A stretch of DNA of 64,000 nucleotides from an uncultured Bacteroidales bacterium (GCA_963732575.1 CAVTAA010000003.1:66537-130536), one strand, 5' to 3'; counted from the first letter of the stretch, positions 42,876 to 52,833 are shown. Made by a program: numbers and translations. Notes: generated by a model from the letters alone, not told the origin.

Positions 42876-43590
42876 ATGACCAAAACAAAGGAACAACTCA
42901 TTATTGAGAATGACGAATTGCATTCTCGCCTGGCTGAAGCTGAAGAAACATTTTCAGCAATTCAAAGAGGTGATGTGGATGCGATTGTGGTATCAGGTAC
43001 GAAAGGAGCACAGGTCTATTCAATCAGCTCTGCTGAAACACCATATCGTACCTTCATAGAAGAAATGAATGAGGGAGCAGTCACTCTTACCAGATAAAGG
43101 GATTATTATCTATTGTAATCAGAGATTTGCTGATTTTGTGCACGAACCGATTGAGCGTGTGATTGGTTCATACTTTAAACGTTTCATAGTCCCGAATGAT
43201 ATATCAAAATTTAATAAATCACTTGCTCAACAGTCTGATAATAAGAGCGATGTACTGACAATATCTTTAATCAACTCGTTACATCTGAAATTATCCTTTA
43301 AGCTTTTGCCTGCTTATCTGCAAGGCGATTATTGCATACTGGTAGCAACTGACATATCAGAAATGAAGAAGGAAGAAAAAAAGCTTCTTGAATTATCCCG
43401 TTTATTGGAAAAGAAATTAGATGTAATACAACGTTTACGCATGCAACTTATTGATAATAAGATTGATGCTGATGTAGAAATTGAAAAATTAAAGAAAAAT
43501 ATCAAGAAACTGGTGAAGGAAATTGCCAGCCATAAGCTGGTTGAAAATGCATTAAAACAAAAACTAAAGCATAAGAAGGCAACTGCTTGA
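42876..43590 (+). CDS. PAS-domain/coiled-coil protein (frameshift near 43092), no kinase domain
   Basis: RLAEAEETFSAIQRGDVDAIVV, YRTFIEEMNEGA, YCNQRFA. Confidence 0.75.
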
Positions 43591-43596
43591 ATTACA

Positions 43597-45348
43597 ATGA
43601 AAGGACTATTGTATTTTCTCCTGGCGCTCCTTTTACTCAACAGTTGTGCTATTATCAGGTTTCCGGAATTTGGCAAGGTCCCCAAAAAGCCCGGCAGCTA
43701 TCCGAAGTTTACGGAAAAGGATTACCTGATAGGATCGCTTGATGAAGATCGCGCCGGCTATGATGTAACTTTCTATGACCTGGACCTTATCCTTGATCCG
43801 GATAACAGGAAGCTTGGGGGTATTGTAGATATTCATTTCAAGGCACTGACAGAACTCAGTAAAATCCGCTTTGACCTCTATGAAAATCTTGACATCAGCA
43901 GCCTGAAGATGTCGGGACAGGAGATCCCTTTTTTACGTAATGACAGAGCAGTGATTGCATCTCTTCCTGAACCCCTGGTTATTGGCGGTGATTATATTAT
44001 TGTGGTCGGATATGATGGTAAACCCACAAGCGCAAGAAATCCGCCATGGAGTGGCGGTGTGGTGTGGGAAAGAGACGAAAATGATAATCCCTGGATCGGA
44101 GTAACATGCGAAACTGAAGGGGGCAGTATATGGTTCCCCTGCAAAGACCACCTTTCCGATGAGCCCGACAGTGTCAGGCTCCGAATGACTGTTCCGGCAG
44201 GATTGCAGGTTGTTTCAAACGGTAGAATGCAGAGCCATACGTCAAATGAAGGCAGGGAAACATATACATGGAGCACACACTACCCTGTTAATATCTACAA
44301 TATGACCTTCTATGCAGGGACGTTTGCACATTTCAGCGACACAATGCTTACCCCGCAAGGCATCCTTAATCTTGATTATTATGTTCTGCCCCAAAACCTT
44401 GAAAAAGCAAAAGATCAATTCATTCAGGTAAAGGATATAATCAACCTTTATGCCAGGGCTTTCGGACCCTACCCTTGGATTAATGAGGGATTCCGGCTTG
44501 TTGAGGCACCGTTTGAAGGAATGGAGCATCAGACAGCCATAGCCTATGGAAGCAGTTATTCAAACCGGGCCTGGCTGGGAGGCGATTATGTAATAATCCA
44601 TGAGGCTGCCCATGAATGGTGGGGCAATGCCGTATCAGTAAGCGATTTTGGCGATATCTGGCTGCAGGAGGGATTCGCCACATATTCCGAAATGCTCTTT
44701 GCGGAGCATAAATTGGGATATGAGAACTCACTGCTGTATGCAAGGTACTTTATAGCCGGATCAATAAGGAATAAGCTGCCGGTTGTTGGCCCGGTGAATG
44801 TCAGCTACTGGAATAACAGGGACAATGATGTTTACAATAAAGGAGCTATGGTACTGCATACAATACGTAACGTATTGAACGACAGCACCATTTTCTTTGA
44901 TATCCTGCAGACCTTCTACCGTGAGCATGCAGCATCTTCGCATGTCACAACTGCCGATTTTATAGAGGTTGTTGAGCGGAAGACAGGGAAGGACTGGGAT
45001 AAATTCTTTGAAGCATACCTTTACCGCCGTGAGGTTCCGGTCCTTTACTGGTATTATGACCCTGCCTTTAATGATGAAAGTTACGGAACGGCTGAAAGGA
45101 AGGTGCCGGTTGTCGCGGCAAAATGGCTGAATGTTCCGGATGGCTTCAGCATGCCAGTCGAATTCTGGTGCAAAGATGAAAATGTCACAGTCAGGATGGA
45201 GGTGACAACAAAGCCGTCACTTATTTACCTTGACGATCTGACAGCATGTAGTAAACTGATCTGTAATAAGAGACTTTCTTACTTTGATGCCGTGACAGAT
45301 ATCAGCGTGCTGGCCGAAGCCGGATCTTCAGTAACCGGGGAAAAATAA
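43597..45348 (+). CDS. M1 family aminopeptidase (probable lipoprotein)
   Basis: GMEHQT, HEAAHEWWG, WLQEGFATY, YNKGA. Confidence 0.9.
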   Translation: MKGLLYFLLALLLLNSCAIIRFPEFGKVPKKPGSYPKFTEKDYLIGSLDEDRAGYDVTFYDLDLILDPDNRKLGGIVDIHFKALTELSKIRFDLYENLDISSLKMSGQEIPFLRNDRAVIASLPEPLVIGGDYIIVVGYDGKPTSARNPPWSGGVVWERDENDNPWIGVTCETEGGSIWFPCKDHLSDEPDSVRLRMTVPAGLQVVSNGRMQSHTSNEGRETYTWSTHYPVNIYNMTFYAGTFAHFSDTMLTPQGILNLDYYVLPQNLEKAKDQFIQVKDIINLYARAFGPYPWINEGFRLVEAPFEGMEHQTAIAYGSSYSNRAWLGGDYVIIHEAAHEWWGNAVSVSDFGDIWLQEGFATYSEMLFAEHKLGYENSLLYARYFIAGSIRNKLPVVGPVNVSYWNNRDNDVYNKGAMVLHTIRNVLNDSTIFFDILQTFYREHAASSHVTTADFIEVVERKTGKDWDKFFEAYLYRREVPVLYWYYDPAFNDESYGTAERKVPVVAAKWLNVPDGFSMPVEFWCKDENVTVRMEVTTKPSLIYLDDLTACSKLICNKRLSYFDAVTDISVLAEAGSSVTGEK

Positions 45349-45396
45349 AACCACTCTTTCAATGTCTTAAACATTCCACAGCTGAAATTAATGGAA

Positions 45397-45434
45397 TGTG
45401 TGAATTATGTAATTAATACATAAAATCATGTAAC
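45397..45434 (+). promoter_or_regulatory. Regulon box 5
   Basis: TGTGTGAATTATGTAATTAATACATAAAATCATGTAAC; TAATTTTA 21 nt downstream. Confidence 0.8.
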
Positions 45435-45542
45435 GGTTTGCCAGTCCGGGTGGTGTAATTTTACCATTGAAATCTATTAATTATTAATGCGATAGTGACA
45501 TTATTAATAACCATTAAGTCATACTAAAACAAATCAGGTATC

Positions 45543-45872
45543 ATGAAAAAATTTGCTTTCTGTATTATGGCGACTTTGTTGTCATTGACATTTATCCCGC
45601 TTTCATTAAGCGCTGCACCCAGGACTGCGCCTTCCTCAACGGCCAATACTAGTCCTGTAAGCCCCGCAGATGCTGCGAAAGCTAACGAATTACTGCTCAG
45701 GCTGAACGAAATTAAAACATTGGACAAGTCGGATCTGACCTTGTCAGAAAAGAAAGAACTGCGAAAAGAAGTACGTTCAATCAGCAGCGAACTTAAGGCG
45801 GTAAGTGGCGGCATTTACATTTCAGCGGCCGTATTGCTTATCATTCTTATTCTGTTAATCGTTCTGTTGTAA
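45543..45872 (+). CDS. Conserved-type Bacteroidota small protein (signal peptide, helical core, C-terminal TM)
   Basis: RLNEIK..EKKELRKEVR..GGIYIS plus hydrophobic tail. Confidence 0.75.
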   Translation: MKKFAFCIMATLLSLTFIPLSLSAAPRTAPSSTANTSPVSPADAAKANELLLRLNEIKTLDKSDLTLSEKKELRKEVRSISSELKAVSGGIYISAAVLLIILILLIVLL

Positions 45873-45890
45873 TAATTAAAAATAGAAATC

Positions 45891-46046
45891 ATGACAAATT
45901 TACTTTATGTAGTTGCGGTAGTACTGATCATTGCATGGGCAGTAGGCTTTGTCGGTTTCCATGCCGGAGGCCTGATACACATCCTGCTTGTCATTGCAGT
46001 CATTGCAATTTTAGTGAGGGTTATCCAGGGGAAAAGAGTCCTCTAG
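45891..46046 (+). CDS. lmo0937 family membrane protein (51 aa)
   Basis: Not in ORF track; MTNLLYVVAVVLIIAWAVGFVGFHAGGLIHILLVIAVIAILVRVIQGKRVL. Confidence 0.88.
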   Translation: MTNLLYVVAVVLIIAWAVGFVGFHAGGLIHILLVIAVIAILVRVIQGKRVL

Positions 46047-46185
46047 ATCCGTCGTTCAATTAGTAATCATCAAGTCCGCTCCGGAAGCTCCAAGGGTTAT
46101 TGCATGTATCTTGAATACAGTGAGATAAGTTTTAGGTTAGTTTTCGCAGGACAAACCGGGGCGGGCTTATTAATTTAAAAAAATC

Positions 46186-46464
46186 ATGAGCTCAGGAAAA
46201 GTAGTATTGGCATTATTGGCCGGAGTCGCTGCCGGTGCAGTGTTAGGACTTCTGTTTGCCCCGGAAAAGGGGTCTGAAACACGAAAAAAGTTATCCGGAG
46301 AAGGAAATGACCTCAAGGAATCGATGAAAGAAAAATTCAACGAATTTCTTGATGACATATCTGAAAAATATGAAAATGTAAAGGAAGAAGATGCTGATCT
46401 TACTGATAAGGGTAAGACGGTAAAAGAAGAGGCTGACAAAAAAGCAAAGACAGCTCCGGGTTGA
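46186..46464 (+). CDS. YtxH domain protein
   Basis: GAVLGLLFAPEKGSETRKKL. Confidence 0.9.
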   Translation: MSSGKVVLALLAGVAAGAVLGLLFAPEKGSETRKKLSGEGNDLKESMKEKFNEFLDDISEKYENVKEEDADLTDKGKTVKEEADKKAKTAPG

Positions 46465-46501
46465 TAGGCATCAGGGGAATAAGATCATAGCTAATGATAT
46501 T

Positions 46502-46855
46502 ATGACCGGGGACATGGAAGACAATGTAAAAATCATCGAGGAGCTGCTGGGGAAAGTTACTGAATACGGCAGGACCGAATTTCAGCTTGCCAAACTTAAA
46601 GCCATTGATAAGACTTCTGACGCTGTTTCGACAGTCGTGCCTCATCTTATAGTCGTTGTCTTAGCCTTGATTTTTTTACTTTTTATCAACCTGGGCATTG
46701 CCTTCTGGCTGGGAGGGATCCTTGGTAATATCTATTACGGTTTTTTTGCAGTAGCTGCTTTTTATGGAATCACAGCGTCGGTTTTACATCTCTTCATGCA
46801 TAAATGGCTTAAAAAACATATCGGCAATTACTTTGTCAGGAAGGTGCTTAAATAA
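46502..46855 (+). CDS. Phage-holin-like (YqjE-type) membrane protein
   Basis: EYGRTEFQLAKLKAIDK plus two TM helices, YYGFFAVAAFY. Confidence 0.7.
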   Translation: MTGDMEDNVKIIEELLGKVTEYGRTEFQLAKLKAIDKTSDAVSTVVPHLIVVVLALIFLLFINLGIAFWLGGILGNIYYGFFAVAAFYGITASVLHLFMHKWLKKHIGNYFVRKVLK

Positions 46856-46860
46856 ATCTT

Positions 46861-47259
46861 ATGCAAAATATAACTTCATCAGCCGGCCTTAAGGAAGCAA
46901 TTCAATTGCTGGAAGCTGAACAGGCTGCCAACGGAAAGCTGTTGAAAGAGCAATTCATTTCCACCTATGAAAGTTTCAAGCCTGCCAGCCTGCTCCGCAG
47001 CACTTTGCATGATATTTCTTCATCACCAAACCTGGTTGAAAACCTGCTGGGAACGGCCCTGGGTTTAGGTGCCGGGTATCTTTCAAGGAGTATTCTGCCA
47101 GGACTAACTGCGATGAAGTTTGGAAAACTTATCAGCCCTGTTTTACAGCTCGGCGTTACTAACTTTGTCTCAAAACAATCCGGCAACCTCAGGTCATTGG
47201 GAGAAGTTATGCTTCTCCGTATTTTTCGCAAAAAAAGACTTGAAACCCGGAAGCCGTGA
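46861..47259 (+). CDS. Hypothetical protein
   Basis: LKEAIQLLE..LLKEQF..ESFKPA; operonic with holin-like gene. Confidence 0.7.
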   Translation: MQNITSSAGLKEAIQLLEAEQAANGKLLKEQFISTYESFKPASLLRSTLHDISSSPNLVENLLGTALGLGAGYLSRSILPGLTAMKFGKLISPVLQLGVTNFVSKQSGNLRSLGEVMLLRIFRKKRLETRKP

Positions 47260-47277
47260 CACTTCAATCCAGGTGCC

Positions 47278-48408
47278 ATGACAAATGAAGGTCATACATT
47301 ACCAACCTATGTAAAGGCAAGCATTCTGCTGATCGGGATAGCTGTTCTGCTGACAATATTATATATTGCGAGGAGCATCCTGGTACCTGTGGTTTTTGCA
47401 ACCATTTTAGCCATAGTGCTCCATCCGGTTGTAAACTTCTTTGTAGATAAAAAAGTCAACAGGGTTTTAGCAATCATCCTGACACTGTTCCTGACCTTTC
47501 TGGTAATAGCAGCTTTTGGCGCGCTTCTGATTTCGCAGGCAAGCCGCTTGAGTGATTCATTGCCCATGCTGGCTGACAAATTCAGCGAGATGCTCAACCA
47601 GGCCATCACATGGGTTTCGGGCCATTTCGATATAAACGCTCACAAGTTAAATGACTGGATTATAAAAGTCCGGGGTGAACTTATTAATTCCAGCAGCGCT
47701 GCGATCGGAAACACTCTTGTCTCCCTCGGAAACCTGTTAGTGGTGATCTTTTTAATCCCGGTTTATGTCTTTATGCTCTTGTTTTACAATCCGATCCTGA
47801 TCGAGTTTATTCATAGAATCTTTAGTTCAGGAAACCAAAGCAAAGTGAGCGAAATCGTTACTCAGACAAAGACAGTTATTCAGCGATATCTTATCGGGCT
47901 GATTATTGAGGCAGGCATAATAGCGGCATTGAATACCGCTGCTCTTCTGGCTCTCGGGATTGAATATGCCCTGCTGCTCGGAATTGTCGGCGCTTTGCTG
48001 AATATCATTCCTTACATAGGAGGATTAATTGCTGTAGCATTGCCGATGATCGTCGCCCTGATCACAAAGGAATCAGCATGGTACCCCGTTTATGTCATGG
48101 TGATATATTACATTATCCAGCTTGTGGACAACAATTTCATTGTTCCCAAAATAGTTGCTTCAAAAGTAAAGCTCAATGCGTTGTTCTCACTCCTTGTGGT
48201 TTTTGTTGGCAATGCCATATGGGGTATTCCCGGAATGTTTATATCAATACCGCTTTTAGCCATTGTAAAACTTGTCTGTGACCATATCGAACCCCTGAAG
48301 CCGTGGGGATTCCTGTTAGGAGATACCATGCCCCCGCTTATTAAAATCAAATCAATTTTCAAAAAGCTCTCCCCGGGGGCAGGTAAGGCCAAAACTGAAA
48401 AAGTGTGA
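47278..48408 (+). CDS. AI-2E family transporter
   Basis: LNIIPYIG, IQLVDNNFIVPKIV, WGIPGMFISIP. Confidence 0.9.
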   Translation: MTNEGHTLPTYVKASILLIGIAVLLTILYIARSILVPVVFATILAIVLHPVVNFFVDKKVNRVLAIILTLFLTFLVIAAFGALLISQASRLSDSLPMLADKFSEMLNQAITWVSGHFDINAHKLNDWIIKVRGELINSSSAAIGNTLVSLGNLLVVIFLIPVYVFMLLFYNPILIEFIHRIFSSGNQSKVSEIVTQTKTVIQRYLIGLIIEAGIIAALNTAALLALGIEYALLLGIVGALLNIIPYIGGLIAVALPMIVALITKESAWYPVYVMVIYYIIQLVDNNFIVPKIVASKVKLNALFSLLVVFVGNAIWGIPGMFISIPLLAIVKLVCDHIEPLKPWGFLLGDTMPPLIKIKSIFKKLSPGAGKAKTEKV

Positions 48409-48440
48409 TTTTGCATTATAAACCATAAAAAACGAATCAA

Positions 48441-48650
48441 ATGAAAAAACCTGGTATCATCATTTTAATCATTGGTTTACTGTTGACCGTTGTTACGACC
48501 TTTACTTACTTTACAAGAGAGAAAGTGGTTGACTTAGGGGAAATAGAGATCAACGCAAACAAACGCCACCACCTTAGCTGGTCGCCACTTATTGGCGTTG
48601 CTGTAATGGCGGTTGGAGGAGTTATGTTATTGGTTCCTTTTAAAAAGTAA
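48441..48650 (+). CDS. Small membrane protein (two TM)
   Basis: FTREKVVDLGEIEI, WSPLIG. Confidence 0.75.
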   Translation: MKKPGIIILIIGLLLTVVTTFTYFTREKVVDLGEIEINANKRHHLSWSPLIGVAVMAVGGVMLLVPFKK

Positions 48651-48688
48651 TTGATAGCATTCTTTTATTAAGCCTGGGCTGTAGAATT

Positions 48689-49300
48689 CTATGCGGCCCG
48701 GGCTTTTTGTGCCTGGAAATAAGTCAGTTCGTTTTGTTCGGTCATGTCCAGTACTTTAAATCCGTAATCTTCAAGCAGAAAAGAAATACTGCTCTTTGAC
48801 ATGAAGGTATTGGTCTTCGAATCCATTATGCTGTATAACCTGTTGATAAACGGAACAGCTGAAACAATACCATATTCCAGGGGATCAAAATCTCTCTTAA
48901 CTATACCTGAGCCGGAGTTGTTTCTTAACCTGTATCTGGGGATCTTCTTATTATCAGCGAAACACCCTATTAAATAACTTTTTTGCGGCATAATCTGATT
49001 GCATGTAGACAGAAAATCCGTAATACGCTTTACCTGGTTGAGTTCTGTCAGGTTCACAATGGTTTTCACTTTAATCAATTCTTCAGCGTCATAATAAAAA
49101 TGGCGCAGGGACGAAATAACAACTATGTCCGGATCGCTTTCAAGGCCAAGCCGTCTGATGTAATTATAAAAATGCAATCCCCCTTCGGCAAACAGAGTAT
49201 CATTTGCCTTGCCGGCCTCTGGTACATCTCCCCGACCGGTTGTGATGCTTAAGTTTGTACTTATGCTTTGATTGCTTTTTATAATGTTATTCTTACCCAT
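48689..49300 (-). CDS. Hypothetical protein, possible degenerate methyltransferase-like fold
   Basis: Downstream of box 6; IVNLTELNQV..MPQKSYLIGCF..LLEDYGFKVL. Confidence 0.6.
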   Translation of the reverse strand: MGKNNIIKSNQSISTNLSITTGRGDVPEAGKANDTLFAEGGLHFYNYIRRLGLESDPDIVVISSLRHFYYDAEELIKVKTIVNLTELNQVKRITDFLSTCNQIMPQKSYLIGCFADNKKIPRYRLRNNSGSGIVKRDFDPLEYGIVSAVPFINRLYSIMDSKTNTFMSKSSISFLLEDYGFKVLDMTEQNELTYFQAQKARAA

Positions 49301-49373
49301 TCTCAGGCATTGTTTTTTGTAAATTCTGTTCTGATTTTCTTAAACAAAGATGGGCCCGGTACCCAAAAAAAGA

Positions 49374-49411
49374 GTTACATATTTCAGACAATTAATTACA
49401 TGATTCACACA
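49374..49411 (-). promoter_or_regulatory. Regulon box 6
   Basis: Reverse complement TGTGTGAATCATGTAATTAATTGTCTGAAATATGTAAC; CATCTTTG 21 nt downstream. Confidence 0.8.
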
Positions 49412-49449
49412 TGGAAAAGATGATTTTCACGTATCAGTTTTCACCTTAT

Positions 49450-49485
49450 AAAAGAGGCCGTCACTTTGCAGAGACGGCCTCTTTT
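49450..49485 (-). terminator. Intrinsic terminator after ompA-porin operon
   Basis: AAAAGAGGCCGTC-N10-GACGGCCTCTTTT perfect inverted repeat. Confidence 0.85.
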
Positions 49486-49502
49486 GAAAAATAAAGTCCT
49501 TG

Positions 49503-50195
49503 CTAAAAACGGTATCCGATTGACAGACCAAATCCTGTATTCTTGTATGAGGTCTCATCCTCGCTGTCCCATGAATGTTCAGGATTAATCTTAAGCATGC
49601 CCAGCTGTGCATTAAGCTGCAGGAATACTCCCATGGGTATTTCATAGCCGAAGAAAATATTTGCACCTGCATCAAACCGCTTGAAATAGGCATTCTCCAG
49701 GTCATAAAAATCGCTCTCTGAAATCTCGTTCTTAAAGGCGATTTTTTGTTCATAACCCAGGGTCCCGCTTTCGAACTTCTGGCTGCCGCCAATACCAAAG
49801 GCAATATAAGGACCAAACCCGAGGAGTATATGTCCTTCTCCAACTTGTGGCCTGTACAGAAAGTTCAGGGGAATTTCGATATATGAAATCTTTGTGGTAG
49901 TATTATAATCATCACCTGATGCTTTGTTAGGCATATTGAAGAAGTTATTCCTGGCACCTTTTGCAGAGTATAAAAGCCCGGGCTGAAAATAGAAGTCAGG
50001 TGCCACCGGGATATTAACATTTACACCGGCGTGAAACCCTGTCAGAAGACCATTTTCAAGTTTATCGCCATTACTTTCTTTTCCGTTTATGTTCTGGAAA
50101 TTCACACCCCCCAGAAGGCCGAAGCCAATCTGGGCCTGCATTGCCAGTGTTGAAAAGATAAGGATTGCTGTTATTGTCAGTAATTTTGTTTTCAT
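49503..50195 (-). CDS. Porin family outer membrane beta-barrel protein
   Basis: GGVNFQN, FQPGLLYSAKG, YIEIPLN, C-terminal GYRF. Confidence 0.85.
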   Translation of the reverse strand: MKTKLLTITAILIFSTLAMQAQIGFGLLGGVNFQNINGKESNGDKLENGLLTGFHAGVNVNIPVAPDFYFQPGLLYSAKGARNNFFNMPNKASGDDYNTTTKISYIEIPLNFLYRPQVGEGHILLGFGPYIAFGIGGSQKFESGTLGYEQKIAFKNEISESDFYDLENAYFKRFDAGANIFFGYEIPMGVFLQLNAQLGMLKINPEHSWDSEDETSYKNTGFGLSIGYRF

Positions 50196-50240
50196 ATTGT
50201 TATGATTTAAGGATTTAACAGATTAACAGGATATTTTTCA

Positions 50241-50912
50241 TCATTGACCGGCTTCTTTTGCAGCATCAGCCTTCATCTTCTCATTGGCAGTAATCAAAAA
50301 CTCGACCCTGCGGTTTCCGGTACGGCCCTCATCTGTATTATTCTCATACTTTGGGGCAGTCTCGCCAAATCCTTTATTTGTCAAACGTCCGGCTGATATA
50401 CCCTGACCATCCAGATAAGCCGTAACTGTACTGGCACGTCTTTCTGACAAGGCCTGGTTATACGATACACTGCCTTTGCTGTCGGTGTGTCCCTGCACTT
50501 CAATATCTGTATCAGCGTATGAGTTAAGGACTTTTACCAGTTTATCAAGGCTGATCTTAGCATCATCGGATAGATTCAACTCATCAAATCCAAACAGAAC
50601 GTTGCTGTTGAATTCCACAATTATTCCTTCGCCGACGCGCTCAACCGTTGCATCAGGTACTGTTTTCTTTATTTCTTCCGCCTGTTTGTCCATCTCATGA
50701 CCAATAACTGCACCCGTGGCACCGCCAACCGCGGCTCCGATTATTGCACCCAGGGCAGCGTTCCCTGAAGCTCTGCCAATTACGGCGCCCATTGCCCCGC
50801 CTGCTGCAGTTCCGACAACAGCACCTTTCTGGGTTTTATTCCATGATGCGCAGCCGGATAAAATCAGAACCGCACTTACGATCATGATAAAACCAATTCT
50901 TAACTGTTTCAT
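50241..50912 (-). CDS. OmpA family lipoprotein with glycine zipper (YiaD-like)
   Basis: LSGC lipobox, Gly zipper, GHTDSKG, LSERRA, NRRVE. Confidence 0.92.
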   Translation of the reverse strand: MKQLRIGFIMIVSAVLILSGCASWNKTQKGAVVGTAAGGAMGAVIGRASGNAALGAIIGAAVGGATGAVIGHEMDKQAEEIKKTVPDATVERVGEGIIVEFNSNVLFGFDELNLSDDAKISLDKLVKVLNSYADTDIEVQGHTDSKGSVSYNQALSERRASTVTAYLDGQGISAGRLTNKGFGETAPKYENNTDEGRTGNRRVEFLITANEKMKADAAKEAGQ

Positions 50913-50993
50913 AATTTATCTGTTTAATTGTTAATGATCTGTTTTTCAGTTATTAATATTTTCCGAAAGGTAGGGCTATGATAATCGACAAGT

Positions 50994-51031
50994 GTTATAC
51001 TAATATTTATTTGATTTACATGATTCACACA
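50994..51031 (-). promoter_or_regulatory. Regulon box 7
   Basis: Reverse complement TGTGTGAATCATGTAAATCAAATAAATATTAGTATAAC; TACCTTTC 21 nt downstream. Confidence 0.78.
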
Positions 51032-51089
51032 TCTGGAAGAAGCCAACCCAGTCTGTCATATACTGCAGCTCAGGAATGCCACTGGGTAA

Positions 51090-51127
51090 TGTGTGAATGA
51101 TGTAACTTATTTCCAGTGTTATGTAAC
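51090..51127 (+). promoter_or_regulatory. Regulon box 8
   Basis: TGTGTGAATGATGTAACTTATTTCCAGTGTTATGTAAC; AACCTTTG 21 nt downstream. Confidence 0.8.
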
Positions 51128-51213
51128 ACTTTTTGGTACCACCGGATCAACCTTTGTCAGGTGGGAATTTGCACCTTTTAAAAAAAGAGGAAGATGAAAT
51201 CCGGCTATTTACC

Positions 51214-52050
51214 ATGAAAATAGTTAACCCTGTTATCAAAGTAAAAAAGATTGCAACGGATCAATCTGTAAAACTCGTCGAAAAAACTATTGCAAAAACC
51301 ATTGAAGCAGGGAACTTCCTGACAAATATTGCCGATGCCTTCTTGTTTGTAACAAGAGTCACAAAAGAAACTTTTTCACGCAACTTTGAATTTAAGGAAT
51401 TCCTGCGTCAATGTTTTCAGGTCGGAAATAAAACATTTCCCCTTATTTCAGTAACGGGACTCATTATTGGCCTGGTGCTTACTATTCAGATGCGGCCTGC
51501 TCTTGTGAGTTTCGGGGCAGTAAGCATGCTTCCCGGAATGGTAGCTGTTTCTCTCATCAGAGAAATGGGGCCGGTAATTACTGCTTTGATATGTGCCGGA
51601 AAAATCAGTTCAGGCATGGGTGCAGAGCTGGGTTCAATGAGAGTATCGGAGCAGATTGATGCTATGGAGGTATCATCTACCAATCCGGTAAGATTTTTAG
51701 TTGTGACAAGAGTACTGGCAGCTACGCTGATGATACCCTTATTGGTATTATATGCCGATGCGCTGGGCATATTGGGAAGCTGGGCCGGAGCAAATATAAG
51801 AGGAGATGTGACTTTTGTTCTGTTTTTCTCACAGGCTTTCGGCCAGATTGGATTTATTGATTTTTTACCGGCACTTGTAAAAACCTTCTTTTTTGGCGCA
51901 GTGATCGGTTTCGTCGGATGCTATAAAGGATATACGGCAGGACGCGGGACTGAAAGTGTTGGTATTGCTGCAAATTCAGCTGTAGTGTTATCATCATTGC
52001 TTGTGATAATTGTTGATTTGATTGCTGTGCAAATCACCGATATGATATGA
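51214..52050 (+). CDS. mlaE: MlaE family ABC permease
   Basis: REMGPV, GAELGSMRVSEQIDAMEV; start placed downstream of box 8 promoter. Confidence 0.88.
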   Translation: MKIVNPVIKVKKIATDQSVKLVEKTIAKTIEAGNFLTNIADAFLFVTRVTKETFSRNFEFKEFLRQCFQVGNKTFPLISVTGLIIGLVLTIQMRPALVSFGAVSMLPGMVAVSLIREMGPVITALICAGKISSGMGAELGSMRVSEQIDAMEVSSTNPVRFLVVTRVLAATLMIPLLVLYADALGILGSWAGANIRGDVTFVLFFSQAFGQIGFIDFLPALVKTFFFGAVIGFVGCYKGYTAGRGTESVGIAANSAVVLSSLLVIIVDLIAVQITDMI

Positions 52051-52826
52051 AGGCCACACAAACAATCAGCTGTTGCTCCTGCCAAAACAGAAAGTCCTGA
52101 ACAGGTAATTGAAATCAATAACCTCAGGAAAGGATTTGGCACAGAGGATGTACTAGTAGATGTGTCACTTAAACTCTTTAATGGTGAAAACCTGGTTGTA
52201 CTCGGGAAATCAGGTTCAGGGAAATCAGTCCTGATAAAATGTATTGTTCGATTACTGGATCCCGACGCCGGAACAATTAATGTCCTCGGAGAGGATCTGA
52301 GTACCTTGAACCAGGAAGCATTAGGAGAGTTGAGGAAAGAAAATCGGTTTTCTTTTTCAGAGTGGCGCATTGTATGATTCCATGACCGTAAGACAAAATC
52401 TGGAATTTCCATTGCGAAGAATAAAAAGAAATCTCACTCAAAAAGAAATAACCGAAAAAGTGGAAGAAGTTCTGGAAAATGTTGGTTTATCTGATACCCT
52501 GAATAAAATGCCATCACAATTATCAGGCGGAATGCGCAAACGGATCAGCCTGGCACGAACCCTTGTCGTTGACCCAATGATAATGTTGTATGATGAACCA
52601 ACAACAGGGCTTGATCCGGTGACATCTGATGAGATAAGCGCACTCATCAATGAAGTTCAGAAAAAATATAAAACATCTTCCATCATCATCACACATGATA
52701 TTGAATGTGCCCGGGCAACTGCAAACCGGATTATTATGTTACTCGACGGTGAAGTTTATAAGGAGGGAGAACTGGACGAGTTTGAGAAGTCAGATGACAC
52801 CGTCAATAAGATCATTCTTTAAATGA
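52047..52826 (+). CDS. mlaF: MlaF family ABC ATPase (apparent frameshifts near 52055, 52340, 52805)
   Basis: GKSGSGKS, FQSGALYDS, LSGGMRKR, YDEPTTGLDP across frames. Confidence 0.85.
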
Positions 52827-52833
52827 TAATAAT

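Noticed and set aside
48400-48425. Tenth regulon box at the AI-2E stop (AGTGTGATTTTGCA)
   Set aside because: Lacks GTGAAT and both TGTAA half-sites.
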